Assembly (NCBI GenBank): GCA_015059045.1
Contig: SVBD01000001.1
Location: 140 to 64,139 of the forward strand
DNA length: 64,000 nucleotides
From: Erysipelotrichaceae bacterium
Lineage (GTDB): Bacteria > Bacillota_I > Bacilli_A > RFN20 > CAG-449
Reading direction: 5' to 3'
The position numbers and the translations under genes are program-made. This document shows, piece after piece, positions 1 to 10,136 of the stretch. Every line of letters begins with the position of its first letter. Position 1 is the stretch's first letter. The notes below the pieces were generated by a model. The model saw only the letters and a list, made by a program, of their open reading frames with translations. It searched no databases and was not told the origin of the DNA.

Positions 1-316
1 GATCGTGTTCCAATTTACATGCATCTTCTTTAGCTACATCTTCATTAACTCCTAGTGCAATTAAAGCTTTAGTGAGAATTTGATGTCTTTCATATACATT
101 ACTAGCAATCTTTAATCCTTCTTCAGTAAGAGTAATGTGTCCATTATTATTAACATTAATATATCCATTTTCTCTTAATTTTTTCATAGCGATAGAAACA
201 CTAGGCTTAGAAAAATTCATATTTTCAACTATATCTATAGCCCTAATGTATTGCTTATCTTTTGATAAAATTAAAATCGTTTCTAAATAGTCTTCAGAAG
301 ATTTATAAATGTTCAT
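1..316 (-). CDS. DtxR/MntR-family metal-dependent transcriptional regulator (partial, runs off window start)
   Basis: Not in the ORF track. Manual translation of the minus strand from ATG at 316 gives MNIYKSSEDYLETILIL...RAIDIVENMNFSKPSVSIAMKKL...VYERHQIL...EDACKLEHD, which carries the EDYL, ERH and ACKLEH hallmarks. It is divergent from feoAB. Confidence 0.93.
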   Translation of the reverse strand, partial: MNIYKSSEDYLETILILSKDKQYIRAIDIVENMNFSKPSVSIAMKKLRENGYINVNNNGHITLTEEGLKIASNVYERHQILTKALIALGVNEDVAKEDACKLEHD

Positions 317-396
317 AATTTCAACCTCTTTTTATTATTTTATCACGCTTTATGATAATAAATCAAATATCTTTATTATATATAATAAAAAGAAGG

Positions 397-414
397 AGTT
401 AGTCAAAACTAACT
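397..414. promoter_or_regulatory. Palindromic operator 1, probable DtxR/MntR-family box
   Basis: AGTTAGT-CAAA-ACTAACT is a perfect 7-bp inverted repeat between the regulator and feoA. Confidence 0.75.
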
Positions 415-430
415 TTTTTTTAAGAATTTA

Positions 431-459
431 TTGACATTAAAAAAATATAATAGTATTAT
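431..459 (+). promoter_or_regulatory. sigmaA promoter of the feo operon
   Basis: TTGACA (431-436), 17 bp, TATTAT (454-459). Confidence 0.7.
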
Positions 460-467
460 AATACACG

Positions 468-483
468 GTTAGTTTCGACTAAC
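468..483. promoter_or_regulatory. Palindromic operator 2, probable DtxR/MntR-family box
   Basis: GTTAGT-TTCG-ACTAAC has the same arms and spacing as the box at 397-414 and lies just after the predicted start site. Confidence 0.75.
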
Positions 484-513
484 TATTAAAAGGAATAGAG
501 GAGGAACAATTTT

Positions 514-753
514 ATGCAAAAGAAACTTAGCGAATTTAAAATTGGTGAATCTGGAACAATTATTAAAGTTGATGGCGAAGGCCGTTTGAGAAGAAGATTA
601 TTTGATATGGGAGTTACTCATGGGGCAAAAGTAATTTTAAAAAAGAAAGCCCCACTTGGTGATCCTCTTGAAATTACCATAAGAGGTTATGAACTTACAT
701 TGAGAAAAAGTGAAGCAGAATTAGTTACTCTTGATATGAAAGGAGATAAATAA
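514..753 (+). CDS. feoA: Ferrous iron transport protein A
   Basis: RRRLFDMG and APLGDPLEITIRGYELTLRKSEA motifs; overlaps the feoB start. Confidence 0.96.
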   Translation: MQKKLSEFKIGESGTIIKVDGEGRLRRRLFDMGVTHGAKVILKKKAPLGDPLEITIRGYELTLRKSEAELVTLDMKGDK

Positions 754-3065
754 TGTTACGTTTTGCATTAATAGGAAATCCTAATTCAGGAAAGACAACT
801 TTATTTAACTCTTTGACTGGTTCGACTGCTCACGTTGGAAACTGGCCAGGGGTTACGGTAGATAAAAAAGAAGGTATATATAAAAAAGGTAGTGAAGAAG
901 TTTCTCTTATTGACTTACCTGGTATTTATTCTTTATCTCCTTATTCTCCAGAAGAAGTTATTTCTAGAAACTATATTTTGGATGAAAAACCAGAATGTAT
1001 CATCAATATTGTTGATGCAACAAACTTAGAAAGAAATTTATATTTAACTACTCAATTGATGGAAATTGATATTCCTATTGTTGTGGCATTAAATATGATG
1101 GATGAAGTTAGAAAGAATGGCGACAATATCAATCCTGAAGAATTAGGAAAATTATTTGGTCTACCTGTAGTTGAAATCTCTGCTTTAAAAGAACAAAATA
1201 TCGATAAATTAATGGAAGTAGCTATAGATGCTTCTAAAAAGGTAAGAAAAGCTAAAACCATTATTAGCGATAAACAATTATCTCATTTGATTAGCGATGT
1301 TAATATCGCATTAAAAGGATATAAAGTAGAAAATCCTTTATTTCACGCGATTAAGTTAGTTGAATTAGACGAACTAGAAGCTAAAGCTCATGAGGATGTT
1401 GTACCAATGGTTCAAGAGTTTAAACAAACTTACAATAATGAATTATTTGGTAATGATTTTGAAGCGATTGTAGCGGATAGTAGATATAAATTTATCACAG
1501 ATAATTTGCATAAATTTTGCATTAAGAAAAGAAAAGATAGTGAAATCACATCTTCAGATAAAATTGATAAAGTATTAACACATAAATGGTTTGGAATACC
1601 AATATTCTTAGGAATATTGTTTGTATTATTCCACTTTACATTCTCTGAAAACTTATTCTTCCTTGGATCAATCTTTTCTTTTGAAGGTGTTGAATCATTC
1701 TCTAATAGTGAATTCTTTGCTGGTTCAATTTTCCATGAAGGTGGAATTAATTCTCCAGGGGTAATTCTTCAAAGCTTAATGATAGGAACTACAGATTGGA
1801 TAAGTTCTATTGTTGCTTCATTACTTGAATCTTCACCTGCTTGGGTGAGTGGATTAATTGTTGATGGAGTTTTGGGTGGAGTATTTGCAGTTTTATCATT
1901 TGTTCCTCAAATTCTATTGTTATTCTTATTCTTCTCGATTTTAGAAGATACAGGATATATGGCTCGTGCAGCATTTATTCTAGATCGTATCTTTAGAAAA
2001 TTCGGATTATCCGGAAGATCATTCTTACCGATGATTATGGGATTTGGCTGTAGTATTCCTGCGATGGTTAATACAAGAACATTAGCTGATGAAAATGAAA
2101 AAGTCACTACAATTAGAGTAATACCTTTCTTTAGTTGTGGGGCTAAATTACCAATATTAACCGCGATAGCGGGGGCTATGGTTTCAGTATTTAACTTTCC
2201 AAATCAAGATATTATTGTCTATTCGATGTATGTAATTGGAATGGCTGTTGCAATTACTACAATAATTATTATGAGAAAAACGACAATGAAGGGTGAAGTT
2301 CCTCCATTTATTATGGAATTACCTACTTATCATTTACCTCAATTTAAATCATTAATGATTCACTTATGGGATAAATTAAAACATTTTATTGAAAAAGCAT
2401 TCACCATTATCTTAGCTTCTACAATTATCATTTGGGTATTAAGCAACTTCTCATGGAGTTGGTCATTTGTTGGAGAAGAAGGAATGGATTCTTCAATTCT
2501 TGCTTCGATTGGTAAATTAATTCAACCGATATTCACTCCATTAGGATTTGGTTCACAATTAAGAGTATTTGGATGGGTATTTGCTGTTGCAGCAGTTACT
2601 GGATTAATCGCAAAAGAAAATGTCATTGCAACATTTTTCACACTAGCTTGTTGTATCATTAGTGCCGCTAATAGTGGAGTAATTGATCCTTCTATTGCAG
2701 ATTTATTATTACAATCTGGCGAAGCAAGCGAAGATGGTATATTTGAAGCAATTGCGATGATTCAAGCAACTGGTATTACTTGGCCTGCATTAATATCATT
2801 TATCATATTTAATATGACTACAATTCCTTGTTTTGCAGCAGTTGGTACTGCAAAAGCTGAATTAACTAAAAAACAATTTAGAGGCACATTAGTATTCTGG
2901 CTTGCTACTTCATACATAGTTTCAATGCTTATTTACTTAGCATTATTACCATTTGCTCAAGGATCAAGTTTATGGTGGACTTACCTAATTGTATTATCAG
3001 TAATTGCTCTTATCGTTTTATCTGTATTTTTATACAATAAAATATCAAGAAAGAGAAGTAATTAA
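753..3065 (+). CDS. feoB: Ferrous iron transport protein B
   Basis: GTPase motifs GNPNSGKT, NWPGVTV, DLPG and NMMD; membrane domain with GFGCS and PFIMELP. Confidence 0.97.
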   Translation: MLRFALIGNPNSGKTTLFNSLTGSTAHVGNWPGVTVDKKEGIYKKGSEEVSLIDLPGIYSLSPYSPEEVISRNYILDEKPECIINIVDATNLERNLYLTTQLMEIDIPIVVALNMMDEVRKNGDNINPEELGKLFGLPVVEISALKEQNIDKLMEVAIDASKKVRKAKTIISDKQLSHLISDVNIALKGYKVENPLFHAIKLVELDELEAKAHEDVVPMVQEFKQTYNNELFGNDFEAIVADSRYKFITDNLHKFCIKKRKDSEITSSDKIDKVLTHKWFGIPIFLGILFVLFHFTFSENLFFLGSIFSFEGVESFSNSEFFAGSIFHEGGINSPGVILQSLMIGTTDWISSIVASLLESSPAWVSGLIVDGVLGGVFAVLSFVPQILLLFLFFSILEDTGYMARAAFILDRIFRKFGLSGRSFLPMIMGFGCSIPAMVNTRTLADENEKVTTIRVIPFFSCGAKLPILTAIAGAMVSVFNFPNQDIIVYSMYVIGMAVAITTIIIMRKTTMKGEVPPFIMELPTYHLPQFKSLMIHLWDKLKHFIEKAFTIILASTIIIWVLSNFSWSWSFVGEEGMDSSILASIGKLIQPIFTPLGFGSQLRVFGWVFAVAAVTGLIAKENVIATFFTLACCIISAANSGVIDPSIADLLLQSGEASEDGIFEAIAMIQATGITWPALISFIIFNMTTIPCFAAVGTAKAELTKKQFRGTLVFWLATSYIVSMLIYLALLPFAQGSSLWWTYLIVLSVIALIVLSVFLYNKISRKRSN

Positions 3066-3067
3066 TT

Positions 3068-3259
3068 ATGGAATTAATTGAAATTATCGTTATTATTGCA
3101 TGCGTATTAATCGTTGGAGGAGTAATTGGTAGATATATCTACCGTAGAATTAATAAATTACCTACAGGTGATTGCGCTTGTTGCAGTAATACAAAAAAAG
3201 GTAGCAAATTAGTAAAAGCTTATCGTAAAAAATATAAAAAATGTCCTAATTGTAAATAA
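3068..3259 (+). CDS. FeoB-associated Cys-rich membrane protein
   Basis: One TM helix followed by CACC and CPNC; starts 2 bp after feoB. Confidence 0.8.
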   Translation: MELIEIIVIIACVLIVGGVIGRYIYRRINKLPTGDCACCSNTKKGSKLVKAYRKKYKKCPNCK

Positions 3260-3261
3260 TT

Positions 3262-3294
3262 AAGTCCTCGTTGATTAACGAGGATTTATTTTTT
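3262..3294 (+). terminator. Intrinsic terminator of the feo operon
   Basis: AAGTCCTCGTT-GATT-AACGAGGATTT followed by a T tract. Confidence 0.8.
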
Positions 3295-3333
3295 AAATTA
3301 ATTAGTATAAAATAATAAAAAAGAGGTGATTAA

Positions 3334-4110
3334 ATGGAAATTGCATTAATTATATTAATTCCATTTCTTGGAACCATTATTGGTAGTGCATTTGTTTACT
3401 TGTTAAAGGATAAAATAAATGAAAAAGTTCAAAAAATTCTAATCGGATTTGCATCAGGTGTTATGCTTGCCGCTTCTATTTGGTCTTTATTAATTCCATC
3501 TATTGAATCTTCTTCAAGTATGGGAAATTTATCTTTTATTCCTGAAGTAGTAGGATTTCTTCTTGGGATAGGATTCTTGTTATTACTTGATACTTTAGTT
3601 CCTCATATGCATATTGATAGCGAAGAACCAGAAGGGTTAAAATCAAACGCGAAGAAACAAAATATGTTTCTATTTGCAATTACGCTTCACAATATTCCAG
3701 AAGGTATGGCTGTTGGTGTTGTTCTTGCTAGTGCAATAAATGGAAGTACACCTATTACTATGATGGCAGCTTTATCTCTTTCTATAGGTATTGCATTACA
3801 AAATATTCCAGAAGGAGCAATTGTTTCAACTCCATTAAGAAAAGAAGGTTTATCAAAAAATAAATCATTTATTTATGGAATTCTTTCCGGTATTGTTGAA
3901 CCAATTGCAATTTGTGTAACAATTATTTTTAGTTCGATTATTACTCCAATCCTTCCATATGTTCTATCATTTGCTGCAGGAGCGATGCTTTATGTAATCG
4001 TAGAAGAATTAATTCCTGAAACACAAAGTGGTAAACATACAAATATTGGAACGATCTCCTTTGCAATCGGATTTGTGTTAATGATGATTCTAGATGTTGC
4101 TTTAGGTTAA
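3334..4110 (+). CDS. ZIP (ZupT/GufA) family metal transporter
   Basis: GFASGVMLAAS, LHNIPEG, QNIPEG and EELIPE motifs. Confidence 0.93.
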   Translation: MEIALIILIPFLGTIIGSAFVYLLKDKINEKVQKILIGFASGVMLAASIWSLLIPSIESSSSMGNLSFIPEVVGFLLGIGFLLLLDTLVPHMHIDSEEPEGLKSNAKKQNMFLFAITLHNIPEGMAVGVVLASAINGSTPITMMAALSLSIGIALQNIPEGAIVSTPLRKEGLSKNKSFIYGILSGIVEPIAICVTIIFSSIITPILPYVLSFAAGAMLYVIVEELIPETQSGKHTNIGTISFAIGFVLMMILDVALG

Positions 4111-4143
4111 AAAAAACATCACTTCCTATGAGTGATGTTTTTA
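4111..4143. terminator. Bidirectional terminator between convergent genes
   Basis: AAAAAACATCACT-TCCTATG-AGTGATGTTTTT. Confidence 0.8.
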
Positions 4144-4145
4144 AT

Positions 4146-4787
4146 TTATTCGTAATCTTCTGCTTCAATTAGAGGAGGTAAAACTTCTTTTTCTTCTTTA
4201 ATAGTAAATTTTAAGAAAATAGAAGAGAAAATTATTGAAATGATAAATATGATTAATGCGCCTCCAACATAATATAAAATGCCTAATACGATTAGAAGGA
4301 CAAATAATAGTAAATTTACTCCTATATAGACAACACTTGGAATAAATGCCATATGTCTAATTTCTTCGTTGTTTCTTTCTTTAGCGTTGAATAAGAATGG
4401 ATTATAATTAATGCCACCTAATGTAGCTAAATAGCCAAATATATTAATAAATAAATTATAGATGAAGAAGAAACAAGAAATGATAGAAAGAATTACATTT
4501 GCAAAAAAGATAAATGGGAAACCGATAAAATAAATGATAAATTGAGTTGCGTGTTTTACTTCTTTTCCTTCATTTCTAATTAGATTTTGTAAATGATCTA
4601 TTGGAGATTTGATGCAGTAGTAGACCACTAAAGTTAAGTAGTATAAGCCAATGTAGATTATAGTTACTAAAATAAAAGGTAATAAAGCGATAATTGATAA
4701 TATCTTAAGTGGTAAATTTAATTTCTTATAATTGATAAATGCAAATAATTGAGCATTTAATTTTTTTAAGCTCTCATAGTAATTCAT
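4146..4787 (-). CDS. Hypothetical multi-pass membrane protein
   Basis: 213-aa hydrophobic ORF with a good AAGGAG RBS; no family recognised. Confidence 0.75.
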   Translation of the reverse strand: MNYYESLKKLNAQLFAFINYKKLNLPLKILSIIALLPFILVTIIYIGLYYLTLVVYYCIKSPIDHLQNLIRNEGKEVKHATQFIIYFIGFPFIFFANVILSIISCFFFIYNLFINIFGYLATLGGINYNPFLFNAKERNNEEIRHMAFIPSVVYIGVNLLLFVLLIVLGILYYVGGALIIFIISIIFSSIFLKFTIKEEKEVLPPLIEAEDYE

Positions 4788-4887
4788 ATAAATTCTCCTT
4801 AATAACTAATAAAATTATAAAATAGTAATTATATAAATGCAAATAATTTATTTTTAAGCTTTTATATGTTATTTTGATAAAGGTGAA

Positions 4888-5133
4888 ATGATGAAAAATA
4901 AAAGTATTTTATTAAAACTATTCTTGTGGATCACAACTCTTCTTTTTCTTGCTATCGAACTTTATTTATTTATCGCTCCTTACGTTTGGGGGAAGAATTG
5001 TTCATTGGAAGAAGGTTGTATGAATGAATCTGGAATGCTAATTATTTTAGGTATTTTATTCTTGCCATTATTTTTGATATTCCTGGTCATCTCAATTATT
5101 TCCATATTCAAATTGATAAAAAGAAAGAAATAA
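4888..5133 (+). CDS. Small hypothetical membrane protein (2 TM, Cys pair in the loop)
   Basis: AGGTG RBS, two hydrophobic segments and a basic tail. Confidence 0.65.
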   Translation: MMKNKSILLKLFLWITTLLFLAIELYLFIAPYVWGKNCSLEEGCMNESGMLIILGILFLPLFLIFLVISIISIFKLIKRKK

Positions 5134-5243
5134 TATTTACTAATTTTAATAAATGTCGATTTAAAAATTGACATCTAAAATTAAGATATTTAAAATTATT
5201 AATTAGTATAAATATTTTAAATATTTATTTGTGAGGTAATATT

Positions 5244-5669
5244 TTGGAATACGAAGGAAAAGAAGTATCTCCTTATAAAGGAGTTATTGGATCTTGTATA
5301 TTATTAATTGTATTTCCGTTAGTAATTTATGGAATTTTTTATGCTACTATTTCTAATCTTCAAAATTTAGGTCCCGTACAAACAAATAATGCTGCTTTAG
5401 GACTTGGATTTGGAGTTGGTTTCTTATTTCATATTTCTTGTATTATCGCAGGACTTTTCAAAGGAACATTTAAGGTAGTAATCAATCGTGTTCGTACTTT
5501 CTTTGAAAATTTGTCGTTATCAAAAAAACTAGCCTTTAGATGCTATTGGGATGATATCAAAAGCGAAGGTGTTGTCTTCTGGATATATTTTATAATTATC
5601 GTAGCTAATTTGATGGTTTCGATATATGGATTGTATTCATTCTTCACAATTTATTTTGCAAATTTATAA
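5244..5669 (+). CDS. Hypothetical membrane protein
   Basis: GAGGT RBS, TTG start, about three TM segments. Confidence 0.7.
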   Translation: MEYEGKEVSPYKGVIGSCILLIVFPLVIYGIFYATISNLQNLGPVQTNNAALGLGFGVGFLFHISCIIAGLFKGTFKVVINRVRTFFENLSLSKKLAFRCYWDDIKSEGVVFWIYFIIIVANLMVSIYGLYSFFTIYFANL

Positions 5670-5698
5670 GCGACTAGTTAGTAATAATTAGTTGCTTT

Positions 5699-6754
5699 TT
5701 AATTTAATTTTAGATCTTCGTTTGAATATAAATGAAGTTTATCTTTAAATATATAATCCAAAATAATAGTAAGTATAATAGTCCCTATTACTTGAATACC
5801 AATAATTGATACCCATGTTAATGGATTAGTAGCGCCCATTGTTTCTATTACTGACATTTGTCCTACTAATCCACAGCTACCCATTCCAGCTCCAGCTGAA
5901 GTAGATGTGGTATTTAATAGACATACTCCAATTGGCCCTAAAATGATACTCGTAATTATAGTAGGTAACCATATTGAAGGCTTTTTGATTATATTAGGCC
6001 AATATAACATTGAAGTGCCAATACCAACACTAATAGTTTTTCCTAATGGGTTTTTTGCTCTAAATGATTGAGTTGCAAATCCTATCATTTGTACACTACA
6101 ACCAATTACTGCTGCACCTGCTGCTAAAGGAACATTTCCAATTGAAATAGCGACGCATACAGCTACTGAAGATATAGGCATTGTCAAAATCATTCCCATA
6201 ATTACTGAAATAATTATAGACATGATAAATGGAATTAGAGGCATTGATGTTTCAATAAATAATTGAATTACATAGATTAGATAATATGATGGGTAAATTA
6301 AAATAAATCCGATAACTGATCCAACAAATATATATATTAATGGAATTAACAATATATCAATTGGAGTTTTTTTGATTAATAATTTCTTAACTAATAAAAT
6401 AGTAAAGATAATTACTAGGTAAATATGTAATGGATTTTTACTACCACCATTAATAGTGAAAGTTGGAATAGGTCTATTAGGAGCTTCTAAATTAATTGAA
6501 GAAGAAACACCACCTAAAACACATAATGAAATTAGCTCTAATGGTTGCATATTTTTATCAATAGATAAACTTACTCCTAAAGCAATACCTAACCCCATTA
6601 AATTCATTAAAGTTGTAGCGATATCAATTCCGATTTGAAATCCGTTTCCAATACTAAATAATTGTTTCAAAATTGTTCCAACAATTAATGTTGCAAATAG
6701 TCCTAGTGCCATACCACTAGATGTTTTTGCGATAAAGTCTAATAATTTTTTCAT
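5699..6754 (-). CDS. PTS EIIC-like (EIIC_2/PfoS-R type) membrane protein
   Basis: SGMALGLFATLIVGTI, PISS, AAGAA, GIGTSML and AGMGSCGLVG motifs. Confidence 0.85.
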   Translation of the reverse strand: MKKLLDFIAKTSSGMALGLFATLIVGTILKQLFSIGNGFQIGIDIATTLMNLMGLGIALGVSLSIDKNMQPLELISLCVLGGVSSSINLEAPNRPIPTFTINGGSKNPLHIYLVIIFTILLVKKLLIKKTPIDILLIPLIYIFVGSVIGFILIYPSYYLIYVIQLFIETSMPLIPFIMSIIISVIMGMILTMPISSVAVCVAISIGNVPLAAGAAVIGCSVQMIGFATQSFRAKNPLGKTISVGIGTSMLYWPNIIKKPSIWLPTIITSIILGPIGVCLLNTTSTSAGAGMGSCGLVGQMSVIETMGATNPLTWVSIIGIQVIGTIILTIILDYIFKDKLHLYSNEDLKLN

Positions 6755-6843
6755 ATTACTTCACTTCCTATTATTAAAAAAATTATAAATCAATTATAAA
6801 TTAAAAATAAATACAAAATTATTATTTTAATAATTGCATATAA

Positions 6844-7148
6844 TTTAATGTTGATGTTGGTGTGGCTGAATATAATTTTAAAGATGAGTTTGGAAAAAGC
6901 AAAAGAATTTAATATGAAATTGATTTTGTTGCCAACTCTGGTTCTAGAAGAGTGTATATTCAGTCCGCACAAAATATATCTTCAACTGAAAAAGAGAACA
7001 GGAAAGTAAATCATTAAATAAAGTAGATGATTTTTTAAAAAAAATTATTGTTATAAAAGATGATATAATTCCTTGGTACGATGAAAAAGGAATATTATAT
7101 GTATGAATTAAACAATTTTTATTGGACGAAACTATAATTGGATCTTAA
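6844..7148 (+). pseudogene. C-terminal remnant of an AAA_14/DUF4143 ATP-binding protein
   Basis: Manual translation across two stops and frameshifts: FNVDVGVAEY...KRI*YEIDFVANSGSRRVYIQSA...EQESKSLNKVDD...KKIIVIKDDIIPWYDEKGILYV*IKQFLL. Confidence 0.8.
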
Positions 7149-7201
7149 TTAAGAAACTTAGTAGTTAATTCTATTAAGTTTTTTTTAAATAAGAAAAAGA
7201 A

Positions 7202-7228
7202 TTAGCACTATTTTGTTGACAGTGCTAA
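7202..7228. promoter_or_regulatory. CIRCE element 1 (HrcA operator), overlapping the -35 TTGACA at 7216-7221
   Basis: TTAGCACTA-N9-CAGTGCTAA against the consensus TTAGCACTC-N9-GAGTGCTAA. Confidence 0.9.
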
Positions 7229-7247
7229 AAAATGGTGTATACTATAA

Positions 7248-7274
7248 TTAGCAGTCTTGAATGGAGAGTGCTAA
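7248..7274. promoter_or_regulatory. CIRCE element 2 (HrcA operator), immediately before the clpB RBS
   Basis: TTAGCAGTC-N9-GAGTGCTAA, one mismatch to consensus. Confidence 0.92.
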
Positions 7275-7289
7275 AAAGGAGGTATTGTT

Positions 7290-9848
7290 ATGGATTACAA
7301 TAATATGACTGAAAAGGTAGTAAAAATTATTACTGCATCTCAAGAAATTGCAAAATCTTATTATTCTAGTGAAATTGATGTTCCTCATGTAATTAAGGCG
7401 ATGCTTACTGATGAAAATTCGATGCTAAAAAATGTTTTAGCAAAGATTTCTTGTTCGATTTCTTTAGTGGAACAAACAATTGATGGATTTAATGAGAAAA
7501 AGGCTAAATCATCAAATATTGATAATGTTTACGTTTCAGTGGATGTTAGTAATTTATTTAAAAATGCCGAAAAGTATAAAAAGATTTACGAAGATAAATT
7601 TATTAGCGTAGAACATTTGATTCTAGCAATCTTTGATACTAGACACACTGTCTTAAATCAATTGTTAAAGGTACCAAACTTTGATAAAAAGAAAGTGGAG
7701 TCAGCGATCAAAGAAATTAGAGGTAACTCTAAAGTAGAAGATCAAAATCCAGAAGAAAAATATGAAGCATTAACTAAATATGGTAGAGATTTAACTTTAG
7801 ATGTAGCAAGAGGGAAAATTGATCCAGTTATTGGAAGAGATGAAGAAATTAGAAGAGTGATTCAAATTCTTTCTAGAAAGACAAAAAATAATCCTGTCTT
7901 AATTGGTGAACCAGGTGTGGGTAAAACTGCAATTGTAGAAGGTTTGGCATGGAGAATCTTTAAAGGAGATGTTCCTTTCTCTTTGAAAGATAAAACCATA
8001 TTTGAACTTGATTTAGGGGCTTTAATTGCAGGTGCTAAATATCGTGGCGAATTTGAAGACAGATTAAAAGTAGTCTTAAAAGAAATTAGTGAATCAAATG
8101 GAAAAATCATTTTATTCATTGATGAAATTCATACATTAATTGGAGCAGGTAAAACTGAAGGTGCAATGGATGCTGCTAACTTATTAAAACCAATGTTAGC
8201 ACGTGGTGAATTACATTGTATTGGTGCAACTACATTAGATGAATACCGTAAATATATTGAAAAAGATGCCGCTTTTGAAAGAAGAATGCAAAAAGTTCAA
8301 GTTGATGAACCTACATTAGAAGATACTATTTCTATTTTAAGAGGATTAAAAGAAAGATATGAATCTCATCATGGCGTCCAAATTCTTGACTCTGCTTTAG
8401 TAGCAGCAGCAACTCTATCGGCTCGTTATATTTCAGATCGATTCCTTCCAGATAAGGCATTAGACTTAGTCGATGAAGCTTGTTCTGCAGTAAGAATGCA
8501 AATTGACTCTTTACCAATTGAATTAGATGAAATTAATCGAAAGATAATGCTATTAGAGATTGAAAGAGTTTCTTTATCTAAAGAAGAAAGCGAAGTATCT
8601 AAAGAAAGATTGGAAAAAATGGATAAAGAAATCGCGGATTTACGAGAAAAACAAGCTCAATTTACTTCAAAATGGCAACTTGAAAAGAAAGAGTTGAATG
8701 AGTCTAAAAACGCTAAAAAAGAGCTTGAAAAAGCTAAATTAGAGTTAGATAAAGCAATGCAAAATGCTAACTATCAAGAAGCAAGTAGATTGCAATATTC
8801 TGTTATTCCTGAACTTGAAAAGAAAATTAAATTTTACCAAGAAAAGGATAAAGAAAATAATATGCTTGATGAGGTAGTTGAAGAAGAAAATATTGCCTCT
8901 GTTGTATCTAAATGGACTGGTATTCCAGTTTCAAAATTAAAGCAAAGTGAATCAAATAAAATTCTTCAATTAGCTGATTCACTTTCAAAAAGAGTTATTG
9001 GTCAAGATGAAGCAATCGATAAAGTAACTAGTGCAATTTTACGTTCTAGAGCAGGTATTAATGATGAAAATAAACCAATTGGTTCTTTCCTTTTCCTAGG
9101 TCCAACTGGTGTAGGTAAAACTGAAATTGCAAAATCTCTAGCAGCAAATCTATTTGATTCTGAATCTCAAATTGTTAGAATCGATATGTCTGAATATATG
9201 GAGAAATTCTCAGTCTCCAGACTTGTAGGAGCACCTCCAGGATATGTTGGATATGATGAAGGTGGACAATTAACTGAAGCTGTTAGAAGAAAACCTTATT
9301 CAATTGTTTTATTAGATGAAATTGAAAAAGCTCATCCAGATGTGTTTAATATATTACTTCAAGTGTTAGACGATGGTAGACTTACTGATTCTCATGGTAG
9401 AGTTGTTGATTTTAAAAATACAATTCTAATTATGACTTCTAATATTGGTAGTGAGTATTTATTAGATGGAAACACAAAACAAAATCAAAAGAAAGTAGAA
9501 AATGAACTTAAGAATCATTTTAAACCAGAATTTATTAATCGTGTAGATGACATTATTTATTTCAATTCTTTGGGTGAAGAAGTAATTAAGAAAATTGTTA
9601 ATAAATTTATTAAAGAACTAGAAGAAAGATTATCTAAACTACAAATTAGTATTAATATTTCTGATAGAGCATTAACTGAAATTGTTAATGAAGGATTTGA
9701 TAAAATTTATGGTGCTAGACCATTAAAGAGATTTATTCAAAAAGAAATTGAAACTCCTCTTGCAAGAGAAATTATAAAGGGAACAATAAAAGAAAAATCT
9801 TTAGTCCAAATAGATTTTATTAAAGATGAATTCGTATTTAACAACTAA
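7290..9848 (+). CDS. clpB: ATP-dependent chaperone ClpB
   Basis: Two AAA+ modules ([16 protein letters not shown]), a long coiled-coil middle domain, RIDMSEY and GARPL; 852 aa. Confidence 0.96.
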   Translation: MDYNNMTEKVVKIITASQEIAKSYYSSEIDVPHVIKAMLTDENSMLKNVLAKISCSISLVEQTIDGFNEKKAKSSNIDNVYVSVDVSNLFKNAEKYKKIYEDKFISVEHLILAIFDTRHTVLNQLLKVPNFDKKKVESAIKEIRGNSKVEDQNPEEKYEALTKYGRDLTLDVARGKIDPVIGRDEEIRRVIQILSRKTKNNPVLIGEPGVGKTAIVEGLAWRIFKGDVPFSLKDKTIFELDLGALIAGAKYRGEFEDRLKVVLKEISESNGKIILFIDEIHTLIGAGKTEGAMDAANLLKPMLARGELHCIGATTLDEYRKYIEKDAAFERRMQKVQVDEPTLEDTISILRGLKERYESHHGVQILDSALVAAATLSARYISDRFLPDKALDLVDEACSAVRMQIDSLPIELDEINRKIMLLEIERVSLSKEESEVSKERLEKMDKEIADLREKQAQFTSKWQLEKKELNESKNAKKELEKAKLELDKAMQNANYQEASRLQYSVIPELEKKIKFYQEKDKENNMLDEVVEEENIASVVSKWTGIPVSKLKQSESNKILQLADSLSKRVIGQDEAIDKVTSAILRSRAGINDENKPIGSFLFLGPTGVGKTEIAKSLAANLFDSESQIVRIDMSEYMEKFSVSRLVGAPPGYVGYDEGGQLTEAVRRKPYSIVLLDEIEKAHPDVFNILLQVLDDGRLTDSHGRVVDFKNTILIMTSNIGSEYLLDGNTKQNQKKVENELKNHFKPEFINRVDDIIYFNSLGEEVIKKIVNKFIKELEERLSKLQISINISDRALTEIVNEGFDKIYGARPLKRFIQKEIETPLAREIIKGTIKEKSLVQIDFIKDEFVFNN

Positions 9849-9852
9849 AAAT

Positions 9853-9896
9853 GGGGATGTTTAAAAACCTAAAGTAGGTTTACATCCTCTTTTTTT
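9853..9896 (+). terminator. Intrinsic terminator of clpB
   Basis: Nested hairpin GGGGATGT...AAACCTA-AAG-TAGGTTT-ACATCCTC followed by a T run. Confidence 0.75.
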
Positions 9897-9900
9897 ATAC

Positions 9901-10020
9901 AAACAAATAAAAAAAGAACTTAATATTGATTTCGATGATGAGTACATAGATGGAACTAAATTCGAGGCTAACGCTAATAAATATAAGTTTGTAGGGAAAC
10001 CTATTACTTTTCATAAGAAA
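9901..10020 (+). pseudogene. IS1182-family transposase fragment
   Basis: The frame from 9901 reads KQIKKELNIDFDDEYIDGTKFEANANKYKFVGKP, matching the IS1182 first-catalytic-Asp motif IDGTKxEANANKYxFVW; no start codon. Confidence 0.8.
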
Positions 10021-10092
10021 AATACTATATTTATTCATGTTCCTGAATTAAAAAATATTAAAGATTTAGATAAATTAATAAACTTAATTTTA

Positions 10093-10120
10093 AATATTAA
10101 AATCACCACTTGCATATATT
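10093..10120 (+). promoter_or_regulatory. Candidate sporulation sigmaE-type promoter of murC
   Basis: AATATT (10093-10098), 14 bp, CATATATT (10113-10120). This fits the B. subtilis sigmaE consensus ATAww-14-CATAcanT, but the AT-rich background lowers specificity. Confidence 0.5.
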
Positions 10121-10136
10121 TTAGTGGTGATTTTTT

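Noticed and set aside
6790-6972. 60-aa minus-strand ORF upstream of the EIIC-like gene
   Set aside because: It is antisense to the DUF4143 remnant, which explains the sequence better.
10021-10100. FIHVPELKNIKD stretch resembling a pyroglutamyl-peptidase C-terminus
   Set aside because: Too short and low in complexity to support without a search.
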